A stretch of DNA of 20,000 nt from an uncultured virus (IMG/VR IMGVR_UViG_3300042987_003191) (IMGVR_UViG_3300042987_003191); one strand, 5' to 3'. Numbered from the stretch's first letter, positions 1 through 6,801 are shown. Made by a program: numbers and translations. The notes: a model not told the origin generated them from the letters alone.

Positions 1-430
1 CGACGCGACGTATATTACGTTTATCGACAGGCATGTAAGCGGGACGCCCATCGTCAATAAAAAGAAGTAGACAAGCACCCCCATAAAGGCGGGAGTTTTT
101 GGCTGCGAGGTTGAGATGTTCAAGGATGTATAGGTCTTCAATTACTTGTTCAATGCCTTGTACTTCCTCGGCCCTAACGCCCTCTCCGCCAAACAGTACT
201 TTGAAGCCTTTTCGTGTGGCTTGGTCAGCATAGATGTCAACAATACGACGAGGGAGCCATTCACCATAAAGATTTTCTAGTTCTTCTTGCGCAAGAAAAA
301 CAGTGGCCGTAGTTTTAGTATATTGCGCCTTGTCACGACCAGTGCCCATGCCAATGAGCACGTTCTGGAGGCCGTCAGCTCTCACTCCGCCGCTGCCAAC
401 GTGGCCAAGATCAATTCCTTCGCTTTCCAT
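1..430 (-). CDS. Phage portal protein, DUF1073/HI1409 family (5' part; runs off the window edge)
   Basis: Not in the ORF track. Manual translation from ATG at 430 gives MESEGIDLGHVGSGGVRADGLQNVLIGMGTGRDK...EELENLYGEWLPRRIVDIYADQATRKGF...AAKNSRLYGGACLLLFIDDG, open to position 1. DG..N...G.G..RDK, LY...W...IVD..A....R.G and RLYGG are typical DUF1073 portal motifs. Confidence 0.85.
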   Translation of the reverse strand, partial: MESEGIDLGHVGSGGVRADGLQNVLIGMGTGRDKAQYTKTTATVFLAQEELENLYGEWLPRRIVDIYADQATRKGFKVLFGGEGVRAEEVQGIEQVIEDLYILEHLNLAAKNSRLYGGACLLLFIDDGRPAYMPVDKRNIRRV

Positions 431-496
431 AAGCTTTATTTATGGCCATAATGTGTTGCTTTTATTCTAGAACCCGGCTACATTGTCACGTAGCCT

Positions 497-1003
497 ATGC
501 ACACCATGGCCAGCTCTCCGCTTGTTTTTGGCTTTAGCGAGGAAGACAAGGAGCTTGTACGGAGGGAAGCCCTCCGCAGGCAGCGCGTAAACGAGCGAAA
601 GGGCTTGAAAGGACGCAATGGAGGACCGGCAGATGGTGGCAAAGCACTGCTTTTTCACAAGCTTGGCGCTGCTGGTGAGCTAGCAGTGGCAGATTATCTC
701 CATCTACGGGAGTTTCTCTATCAAGAAACAGAAGCAAAGCGAGGGTCTTTTGATCTTCCTCCCGATATTGACGTGAAGACGCGCTCTCGCCATGACTACG
801 ATCTCATTTGCCAACTAGACGAGAAGCCTGGAAAAACCTTAGTGCTGGTTACAATTCAAAACAAAATCACTCTTCTCCATGGTTGGATAAAGAGTGAAGA
901 CGCGATGAGGCAACAATGGAGAAAGGATCCAGCGGGAGGCCGTATGGCTTATTTTGTTCCTAAGGCTGAGCTATTATCCTTAAGCACCCTGAGAGCGTCA
1001 TGA
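497..1003 (+). CDS. Hypothetical protein, putative PD-(D/E)xK-fold nuclease
   Basis: 168 aa ORF with GAAGELAVADYL (motif I Glu), SFD (motif II) and IDVKT (D-x-K motif III). Its stop overlaps the next start (ATGA). Confidence 0.6.
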   Translation: MHTMASSPLVFGFSEEDKELVRREALRRQRVNERKGLKGRNGGPADGGKALLFHKLGAAGELAVADYLHLREFLYQETEAKRGSFDLPPDIDVKTRSRHDYDLICQLDEKPGKTLVLVTIQNKITLLHGWIKSEDAMRQQWRKDPAGGRMAYFVPKAELLSLSTLRAS

Positions 1004-1689
1004 CAAAAGATCCTCGGCGCTTTTACGTTTACGCATTCTTAAGAGAAAAAGACTCGGCACGCGGCAAGCGCATGAGTCCTTATTACATTGGCAAAGGAGC
1101 ACGAGATCGCGCCACTTCGAAATGTCGCACCATCCCAAGACCTAGCAATTCTTCGTTCATCGTTTTTGTGCAAGAAGGCTTAACTGAACAAGAGGCGTTT
1201 GATTTAGAAAAGTATTGCATTGCCCTCTATGGACGCATTGATAAAGGCACTGGTATTCTTCGCAATCTTGGTGATGGTGGCGATGGAGCATCTGGCGTAA
1301 TTTACTCCCCTGAACGCAGGAAGCAAATATCAGAAGCAAATAAAGGGCGCGTTCACACAGAAGAGACAAAGCGCAAGATCGGAGAAAAGCAAAAAGGCGA
1401 AAAAAATCACATGTGGAGAAAAGATGTATCCCAAGAAACCCGCGATAAGATTTCCCGAGCTAATAAAGGACTAAAGCGATCAGAAGAGGCTCGTCGCAAT
1501 ATCGCCCAAGGAAAGGTGAAGTACCTCTGCGAACTGGTTGATCCGCAAGGTAATGTACATAAAGTAGATAACTTGTGGGCCTTTGCTAATGAAAATAACT
1601 TGCACTACACAATGCTAAGCTGGTTAGTTAAAGGCAAGAAGAAGCAGTATAAAAAGTGGATTTGCAAAAGTTGCATTGAGGTACGATGA
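1000..1689 (+). CDS. GIY-YIG homing endonuclease with NUMOD3 repeats
   Basis: N-terminal FYVYAFLRE...PYYIGKG..R and EAFDLEKYCIALYGR...GILRN..DGGDG. Repeated NUMOD3 units: ERRKQISEANKG, HTEETKRKIGEKQKG, SQETRDKISRANKG. Confidence 0.9.
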   Translation: MTKDPRRFYVYAFLREKDSARGKRMSPYYIGKGARDRATSKCRTIPRPSNSSFIVFVQEGLTEQEAFDLEKYCIALYGRIDKGTGILRNLGDGGDGASGVIYSPERRKQISEANKGRVHTEETKRKIGEKQKGEKNHMWRKDVSQETRDKISRANKGLKRSEEARRNIAQGKVKYLCELVDPQGNVHKVDNLWAFANENNLHYTMLSWLVKGKKKQYKKWICKSCIEVR

Positions 1690-3059
1690 GTCAACTTAAA
1701 TGTTCGGATTTTGCGAAGCACGCGTTGGGCCTGGATCTCTATCCAATGCAGGCAAAAATACTGGATAAATTTTTTAGTCCTGGCATCTCCAATGCAATCT
1801 GGGCGCTCGGTAGACGTAGCGGCAAGACGCTCATGGCTGCGGTCGCCTGTGTTTATATGTGCTTTGTTCTTGAAGAAGACTACAGAAGAAAAGTGCGAAA
1901 AGGAGAAAAGTTTTATATCGTTGCAGTGGCCAACTCGCAAGATCAGGCTCGCATTGCGCTAAATAATATTCGCCAGCTCATTCTTGATAGCCCCTTTGCA
2001 AAAGAAATTGTCAGAGAAACAGCAGACATCATTGAAATCAGCAATGGATGCGTATTTAAAGCCGTCCCCACGTCTGGTCGCGCCGCCCGTGGCCTTGCTT
2101 GCGCGGGAGCCGTATTTGACGAGCTAGCCTTCGCTACTGAGGGCGACGCAAATAGCGGGGGCAGGGGTATTTATGACGCATTGTCACCTGCTATTGCCCA
2201 GTTTGGCGGGAAAGGTCGCATTCTCGAACTTTCATCGCCATGGTTAGGGCAAGGTCTTTTTTGGGAGCATTTCAAAGAGGCATCTTCAGGAAGATTTCCG
2301 TTTATGGCGGCAGAGAATCACCCTACATGGGTGATGAATCCAAATATTTCACAAGAATTCTTGGATACTGAAAGGCAGCGTGACCCAGACAAGTTCGCCG
2401 TTGAATATGGCGCTCAATTTGCCAACAATCTTTCAGCCCTTGTTGCAAGCGATGTTGTTGATGCCTGTATTGATGACCGCAGAGCGGCTCTACCACCCCG
2501 TCCTGAATTCCAAGGCGCCTATGTACTTGCCCTTGACCCCGCCCGTGGTGGCGTTGGCCGTGACGACTACACTGCTTGTATTGTTCACTATGAGAACGGC
2601 ACGCTAGTCGTAGACAAATTCCACTCCTTCGTCGCTGATTTTGAAATCAATGGAAGAATGGAAGTGAATATTAATGCAGTGGAAGATTGGATTAAGGAAC
2701 AGCATCGTCTGTACGTCTTCGACACCATCGTGATGGACCAGTTCAACAGTGCTGGCACCATTCAAAGCTTGGCGAGCGATTTGCCCATCACGGAACTCAC
2801 CTGGACTGTCAGCTCCAAGATGAAAGCATTCAGCAAGATGCGGGAATTGTTTAATGCAGGGCAAATCAATGTATATCGTCACGAGAAAGCAATTATGCAG
2901 CTCAAGAATCTCACTGTTATTTATAAACCCAGTGGACAATGGAGTGTAACTGGTGGCAAGGCTTCTGGAATTGACGACTTAGCGTTTGCAATGGCAGGCG
3001 CAATTCTTGCTGCTAGCAAAGATGATGACATTGGTTGGATCGAAAGCCTCATCTCCTAG
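1686..3059 (+). CDS. terL: Terminase large subunit
   Basis: LYPMQ Q-motif, Walker A LGRRSGKT, Walker B AVFDE, coupling motif LSSP, RNase H-like nuclease LALDPA and C-terminal IDDLAFA; next to the portal gene. Confidence 0.93.
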   Translation: MSQLKCSDFAKHALGLDLYPMQAKILDKFFSPGISNAIWALGRRSGKTLMAAVACVYMCFVLEEDYRRKVRKGEKFYIVAVANSQDQARIALNNIRQLILDSPFAKEIVRETADIIEISNGCVFKAVPTSGRAARGLACAGAVFDELAFATEGDANSGGRGIYDALSPAIAQFGGKGRILELSSPWLGQGLFWEHFKEASSGRFPFMAAENHPTWVMNPNISQEFLDTERQRDPDKFAVEYGAQFANNLSALVASDVVDACIDDRRAALPPRPEFQGAYVLALDPARGGVGRDDYTACIVHYENGTLVVDKFHSFVADFEINGRMEVNINAVEDWIKEQHRLYVFDTIVMDQFNSAGTIQSLASDLPITELTWTVSSKMKAFSKMRELFNAGQINVYRHEKAIMQLKNLTVIYKPSGQWSVTGGKASGIDDLAFAMAGAILAASKDDDIGWIESLIS

Positions 3060-3093
3060 TATGATTTTCAAGCAATAGTCCTGCTATAACGCG

Positions 3094-3348
3094 ATGAACT
3101 GCAATTTAACTATGCAAGAGACTCAGTTTCTCACTGCACTTCTTGGCAATGCTTCCATCAGCAAGCAAACATGCCTTCAACTCCTCGCAGCCGAACATCT
3201 ATACATTCCCACGCTCTTTCCTAAGCTCCAGGCCCACGCCAAGGCCCTTAAGCAAGCTGAGGAGGAGGAAGAATATGAGAAGGCCACGCTTGACGACTAC
3301 TGCCGTGAATACCCTGGAGATCAATGCTGCAAAGAATACGACGTTTGA
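3094..3348 (+). CDS. Small protein with CP12-type C-terminal motif
   Basis: C-terminus LDDYCREYPGDQCCKEYDV fits the CP12 pattern (YC-x3-P-x4-C-x2-YD). The AWDxVEEL core is absent. A -10-like TATGAT and TGcTATAAC lie just upstream. Confidence 0.65.
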   Translation: MNCNLTMQETQFLTALLGNASISKQTCLQLLAAEHLYIPTLFPKLQAHAKALKQAEEEEEYEKATLDDYCREYPGDQCCKEYDV

Positions 3349-3371
3349 AGCTTGGTGGGCGTTTCAAAACA

Positions 3372-3380
3372 TGCTATGCT
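3372..3380 (+). promoter_or_regulatory. Extended -10 promoter (TG-C-TATGCT) in front of a structured non-coding block
   Basis: TGnTAnnnT match directly upstream of the hairpin cluster 3387-3578. Confidence 0.5.
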
Positions 3381-3386
3381 TCTGGA

Positions 3387-3578
3387 GCTTTCGCGAAGCA
3401 CGCTGGCCAGCGTTAGTTCAAAAGGGGCAATGGTTTCAGGCGCCATTGTTTCAGAAAAGCGATGTTGCACATCGCGGCCCTGTGCAACAGGGCTCCCAGG
3501 GGAAGAGGGGAGCAGGCCCACCTGCTCTGAAATGCTGTACAAGGCGGATTGAAGCCCCGCCCAGCGCCCTCAACTTCC
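3387..3578 (+). ncRNA. Candidate structured ncRNA (about 190 nt, 7 or more helices), family not recognised
   Basis: Consecutive stems: GCTT/AAGC, ACGCTG/CAGCGT, GGGGCAATGG/CCATTGTTTC, GCGATG/CATCGC, GCCCTGT/ACAGGGC, GAGCAGG/CCTGCTC, GGCGG/CCGCC, plus enclosing GGAAGAGGG/CCCT..CTTCC. No convincing ORF. Confidence 0.6.
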
Positions 3579-3592
3579 TCTAGCCTCCCTTT

Positions 3593-3601
3593 TGTTACAC
3601 T
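3593..3601 (+). promoter_or_regulatory. Extended -10 promoter (TG-T-TACACT) for the riboswitch/peptide transcript
   Basis: TGnTACACT ends 7 nt before the riboswitch P1 strand. Confidence 0.55.
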
Positions 3602-3608
3602 AATGGTA

Positions 3609-3658
3609 CGTTCACCCCGCAAGGGGCGCATGACTCGCTGGTACGGAACGGGACCAGC
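3609..3658 (+). ncRNA. Glutamine-II riboswitch (Downstream-peptide RNA motif)
   Basis: P1 CGTTC/GAACG, P2 CCCC-GCAA-GGGG, CGCA junction, GGAACGGG, and pseudoknot GCTGGT(3637-3642)/ACCAGC(3653-3658). It lies directly upstream of a YRG-containing peptide, the known context of this motif. Confidence 0.85.
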
Positions 3659-3674
3659 ATCATCGGGAACCATC

Positions 3675-3794
3675 ATGAACCCACTCGCCCTCATCAAGCA
3701 GCAGCTTGAGAAAGCAGCTCGTCTGCGCGAAGCACAGCATGCAAGCCTCGTTTATCGCGGCATTGCTTACGTGCCTAAGCCCCACTGGTTCTGA
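3675..3794 (+). CDS. DUF4278-type small protein (39 aa)
   Basis: MNPLALIKQQLEKAARLREAQHASLVYRGIAYVPKPHWF carries the LxYRGxxY signature. The start is moved from the track's 3549 to ATG 3675. Confidence 0.8.
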   Translation: MNPLALIKQQLEKAARLREAQHASLVYRGIAYVPKPHWF

Positions 3795-3801
3795 GCTGAT
3801 C

Positions 3802-3826
3802 AAAGGGAGCTTAAGCTCCCTTTTTT
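3802..3826. terminator. Bidirectional intrinsic terminator
   Basis: AAAGGGAGC-TTAA-GCTCCCTTTTTT between convergent genes. Confidence 0.8.
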
Positions 3827-4020
3827 AATGTCTGAACGCAACCAGATGGTTGCTTTTCCCAATGTCTAGCTGCATTGGCCACGATGGCAATATTGGTAAT
3901 CAAATACGATGCGAAAATCAACGTGCGAATGATCGCCACAGTATCAGCTTCATGGTCATGCTTGCTTGCCTTCTCCCCTAACGCCTTCGCCCACACTCTC
4001 CATACGTTCTTCCTGCTCAT
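3811..4020 (-). CDS. Cyanophage-type small membrane protein
   Basis: WRVWAKALGEKAS..D.EAD.VAIIRT followed by a hydrophobic helix; resembles small hypothetical proteins of cyanophages. Confidence 0.7.
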   Translation of the reverse strand: MSRKNVWRVWAKALGEKASKHDHEADTVAIIRTLIFASYLITNIAIVANAARHWEKQPSGCVQTLKKGA

Positions 4021-4198
4021 AAATCCAAGCCTTTAGCTCTCTGACATATTGCCTAATGATGGCAGCTTTTTCAAGATGCCACTGGTCCATGGTGAGAAAA
4101 TACTGGGCATTGTGCCAGTCAATAGCTCGTAACGATTGATAAATAATGGGATTGAGCGGTTCACGCAGGGGCGTGTTGAAGGTGCGGCGCTCGGTCAT
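3956..4198 (-). CDS. Hypothetical phage protein
   Basis: 80 aa ORF overlapping both neighbours in the operon. Confidence 0.65.
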   Translation of the reverse strand: MTERRTFNTPLREPLNPIIYQSLRAIDWHNAQYFLTMDQWHLEKAAIIRQYVRELKAWIYEQEERMESVGEGVRGEGKQA

Positions 4199-4718
4199 TG
4201 GAGGAGAAATAAAGCATCGCCTCGTCCCAATGAATGGGCGCGAAGTTGTGTTGTTCTACACAACAATTAAGATAGCGCCTGTCCAAGCTTCCATCAGGAA
4301 GCCTTACGTTATGACTATGTAAATGCCCGTGAATATTTCCTTTAAATCTTTGTTCAAACAATTCTGGATGGAGGGGAATATGACTCAGCATAAATTCATG
4401 GTGATAAAAGCATCCACGGATGTCATCAAAATACTTCGCATAGTCTTGTAGCTTGAAAATATCGTGATTACCTCTTACTAATACTTTCCTGCCATTGAGC
4501 CTCTCTAGCATCTTCAGTCCACGACGAGCAATTGCCACGTCACCCAATACGTAAATGCGATCCTTGGGCTTTACTCGCTTGTTCCATTGTTCCACCATGA
4601 AAGCATCGCCCTCTTCCGAATTCTGAAATGGACGCACTTTCTCTCCGTCTGGACGTAGAAAACTATACATTTTCTCGTGACAGAAGTGGTTGTCCGATGT
4701 GAGCCAGCAGTTGATCAC
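4161..4718 (-). CDS. Calcineurin-like metallophosphoesterase
   Basis: All five motifs present: SDNH, LGD, GNHD, SH, HGHLH. Confidence 0.92.
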   Translation of the reverse strand: MINCWLTSDNHFCHEKMYSFLRPDGEKVRPFQNSEEGDAFMVEQWNKRVKPKDRIYVLGDVAIARRGLKMLERLNGRKVLVRGNHDIFKLQDYAKYFDDIRGCFYHHEFMLSHIPLHPELFEQRFKGNIHGHLHSHNVRLPDGSLDRRYLNCCVEQHNFAPIHWDEAMLYFSSNDRAPHLQHAPA

Positions 4719-5092
4719 GTGTGCTCTCCAGTCCCGATAAATTTCATGGCTTCATATTGAGGAGCATGCGCTAGCAAGTACTCAAAATATTTTCCATCTA
4801 ATGATTGAAGCTGCCAAGCCATTTCTCCAGCGTGCCACTGAATAACGCGCCATTGCATTGTTTTGAGCTTCATTCTTCCCCTCTCTTTTACCTCTGTCTC
4901 AAATTCCCAAATGTCGCCAACTTTTAGACAGTCAGGGCGATTACATATTTTTGTAGTCTTGTCCGTCTCTTGCTGTATCCAGCCCCATGCAGAAGCCTTG
5001 ACGGCAACTTGATGAACAATATCTACAACGTCAGAGCCGCCACAGCCGTCCATCCACCTCAACACCAATTCACGACTTGGAGCAGGAATCAT
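4715..5092 (-). CDS. Hypothetical protein
   Basis: 125 aa ORF coupled to both neighbours by start/stop overlaps. Confidence 0.65.
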   Translation of the reverse strand: MIPAPSRELVLRWMDGCGGSDVVDIVHQVAVKASAWGWIQQETDKTTKICNRPDCLKVGDIWEFETEVKERGRMKLKTMQWRVIQWHAGEMAWQLQSLDGKYFEYLLAHAPQYEAMKFIGTGEHT

Positions 5093-5295
5093 TAGTTGAA
5101 TTCCTCCACCACTTTTGTTTTTACCACGCCTTTTCTATCCGCCTCTTGCAACTCAAGACCACGCTTAAAAGCTTCCGCAAACGTACCAAATAATCCAGCG
5201 TATTCCCACCAAAACCACACCCTTTTCTCTACAGCAAAAATGGGCTCACTTGGATCTGCAAAAGAAGGCTTTTCAACAATGCGATAGCGAGCCAT
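5092..5295 (-). CDS. Hypothetical protein (MARYRIV paralog 1)
   Basis: 67 aa; TAATG coupling on both sides; similar to the upstream gene. Confidence 0.7.
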   Translation of the reverse strand: MARYRIVEKPSFADPSEPIFAVEKRVWFWWEYAGLFGTFAEAFKRGLELQEADRKGVVKTKVVEEFN

Positions 5296-5504
5296 TAGTC
5301 AATCTCCGCAACAACAAAACGATTCTTTGCTAACGCTGCCACATATTCTTGTGCGTCTTCAACGGAACCGAAATCATCGACGTAGCTCCAGTATTTTGCC
5401 GTTGATCCATCGAGAAATTCCATCGACAGGCGTTCTTCTACGTCGTAAAGGCTTTGTTTAAGATCAAACCGCAATGGGCGGCTGACAATGCGATAGCGGG
5501 CCAT
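5295..5504 (-). CDS. Hypothetical protein (MARYRIV paralog 2)
   Basis: The ATG at 5504 gives MARYRIVSRP..., the same N-terminus as paralog 1. The longer start in the track would overlap the tRNA-like element. Confidence 0.7.
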   Translation of the reverse strand: MARYRIVSRPLRFDLKQSLYDVEERLSMEFLDGSTAKYWSYVDDFGSVEDAQEYVAALAKNRFVVAEID

Positions 5505-5507
5505 GAA

Positions 5508-5577
5508 AACCACTTCCGGGAATCGAACCACAGGATTCTAGGCTATGTGCCTAGCGTGTACCACACACTTAAGCGGC
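5508..5577 (-). tRNA. Degenerate tRNA-like element, CAT anticodon (pseudo-tRNA?)
   Basis: Minus strand reads GCCGCTT AA GTGT GTGGT ACAC G CTAGG CACATAG CCTAG AAT CCTGTGG TTCGATT CCCGG AAGTGGT T. Acceptor, D and anticodon stems pair and the T-loop is canonical. It has A8, A33, a short D-loop and a broken T-stem. Confidence 0.55.
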
Positions 5578-5581
5578 AGGA

Positions 5582-5805
5582 GCCCCCTGTTTGAGCATCA
5601 TTGATAACTGGTGAGGATGCCTGCAAGCCTGTGCGCACAGTGTAAAGCCGTCCTCGTTATCAAGCTAAGCTTGGGGGCGAATCACGCAAACCAGGAAAGG
5701 CTACCCATAACCAACGATGGACCTCAGAACTGGCTGCTCTCCACTGACAGAGCAATGGAGGGAAAGAACAGCACGCCCTTGACACGTGCCAAGCTTGCGC
5801 TGTCT
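5582..5805 (-). ncRNA. Candidate structured ncRNA directly 5' of the tRNA-like element
   Basis: Long interrupted helix GCCCCC..TTGATAAC-GAGGACG / CATCCTC..GTTATCAA..GGGGGC with an inner CTGTGCGCACAG hairpin. A 5' hairpin ACAGCGC-CTTGGCAC/GTGTCAAG-GTGCTGT is also present. It has its own extended -10. Confidence 0.6.
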
Positions 5806-5809
5806 CGAA

Positions 5810-5818
5810 ACTATAGCA
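5810..5818 (-). promoter_or_regulatory. Extended -10 promoter (TG-C-TATAGT)
   Basis: Lies between the 3' end of tRNA-Met and the first hairpin of the ncRNA. Confidence 0.55.
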
Positions 5819-5824
5819 TCAAAA

Positions 5825-5897
5825 TGGCGGAGACAGGACTTGAACCTGCGACCTCCAGGGTATGAACCTGGCGAGCTACCAACTGCTCTACTCCACT
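5825..5897 (-). tRNA. tRNA-Met(CAT), initiator-like
   Basis: AGTGGAG TA GAGC AGTTGGTA GCTC G CCAGG TTCATAC CCTGG AGGTC GCAGG TTCAAGT CCTGT CTCCGCC A forms a full cloverleaf. The A1:C72 mismatch and A11-U24 pair are initiator features. No CCA is encoded after N73. Confidence 0.92.
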
Positions 5898-5903
5898 GTA
5901 ATG

Positions 5904-5985
5904 GCTTAAGCGTGAAGCGATTAACAAGCGCTAATCGCTTCAGAGGCTTAAGCTCTGTCTGCCCGATGCTAACGCAGAGCGGGAA
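5904..5985 (-). ncRNA. Structured leader of the tRNA-Met transcript (possible pseudoknot plus long hairpin)
   Basis: On the minus strand, CCCG/CGGG is crossed with GCTCTG/CAGAGC, followed by GCTTAAGC..TGAAGCGATTA / TAATCGCTTCA..GCTTAAGC. An extended -10 TGcTATATT lies at about 5993-6001. Confidence 0.45.
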
Positions 5986-6001
5986 CTTGTTCAATATAGC
6001 A

Positions 6002-6733
6002 CTAAGCCTTGCCGTAGGCAGGTAAATTTAGCGCATTTGTTTCAAAAAAAGCTGGGACAGTTGAGGCTCTGGTCTCATTCAGCTCAGGAGCCCTTCCATT
6101 GATGAACAACGCATCACTCTGGCGCAGCCAAAAATCTTTATCAAGATATTTATTAGACGACGCGCCAAGCTTGTCATAAATCCATAGCGCCGTCATCTTG
6201 CGCAGTTTATTCAAGCTTTCGCCATATTTCTCTCCAGCTTCTTCGCAGATTTTGGTGTGGCAATAAGCGTGACAGATCTCGTCGCGAGAAATGTCAGTTG
6301 CCACAGTACGCAGTCCTTTATCTCCATTGAAGCGGAAGAAAGGAAGAATGGTAAAGAATAGACTCCGCTCAAGCACAGCCACTTTTGCCATGGGGTGAGC
6401 AGGATGTTCAGTCCATGCTTGGCGAATCTTAAGAGCTTCTTGTTCTGCTTTCTCATCTACGCCATGAGCAGCCGCCACATAATTCAACGCCTCATCATGA
6501 CGCTCTTCATCCTTGATGTTGCTATAAATGCTCTCCACTAGGCCCGGCGTATTGGGGAGCTCACGCTCAAGCCCTTCCAGCAGCATATCCTTCACGGGAA
6601 GCTCAAGATGACGAATGGCCAATGCACGAAAAATGGTCTCTTCCGAGCCATTGACAAATTCCCCTTTAGTAACAGGCACTGCCTGCCAAGGGCGCTTGCG
6701 AGCAACTGCCGAGAAATAATCTTGAACTGCCAT
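6002..6733 (-). CDS. nrdB: Ribonucleotide reductase small (beta) subunit, ferritin-like, Cyano SP type
   Basis: Di-metal ligands ELPV, DEERH, LERSLFF and DEICH; directly downstream of the alpha subunit. Confidence 0.8.
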   Translation of the reverse strand: MAVQDYFSAVARKRPWQAVPVTKGEFVNGSEETIFRALAIRHLELPVKDMLLEGLERELPNTPGLVESIYSNIKDEERHDEALNYVAAAHGVDEKAEQEALKIRQAWTEHPAHPMAKVAVLERSLFFTILPFFRFNGDKGLRTVATDISRDEICHAYCHTKICEEAGEKYGESLNKLRKMTALWIYDKLGASSNKYLDKDFWLRQSDALFINGRAPELNETRASTVPAFFETNALNLPAYGKA

Positions 6734-6761
6734 TTTGATTACAAACGATGGTGAAAAGAGA

Positions 6762-6786
6762 CAACAAAGGGCAGCAAAAGCTGCCC
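6762..6786 (-). terminator. Intrinsic terminator-like hairpin between RNR alpha and beta
   Basis: GGGCAGC-TTTT-GCTGCCC followed by TTTGTTG on the minus strand. Confidence 0.55.
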
Positions 6787-6801
6787 GTTAATCAATCGGG
6801 A

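Noticed and set aside
468..481. AGAACCCGGCT resembling the RNase P RNA 3' motif
   Set aside because: It is an isolated short match in a 66-bp divergent promoter gap with no other RNase P elements.
1000..1689. Group I intron around the GIY-YIG gene
   Set aside because: The flanking genes are complete and overlap it directly, leaving no room for an intron core.
3143..3697. Overlapping ORFs 3143-3583, 3352-3552, 3321-3542 and 3413-3697
   Set aside because: They have no recognisable motifs; the region is better explained by RNA structure and the riboswitch.
5508..5805. tmRNA (one- or two-piece)
   Set aside because: The tRNA-like part is a self-contained cloverleaf with an anticodon arm, lacks the G3-U70 alanine identity pair and CCA, and no tag ORF was seen.
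5611..6025. ORFs 5611-5865, 5701-5994 and 5786-6025
   Set aside because: They overlap the tRNA and structured RNA and look like shadow ORFs.
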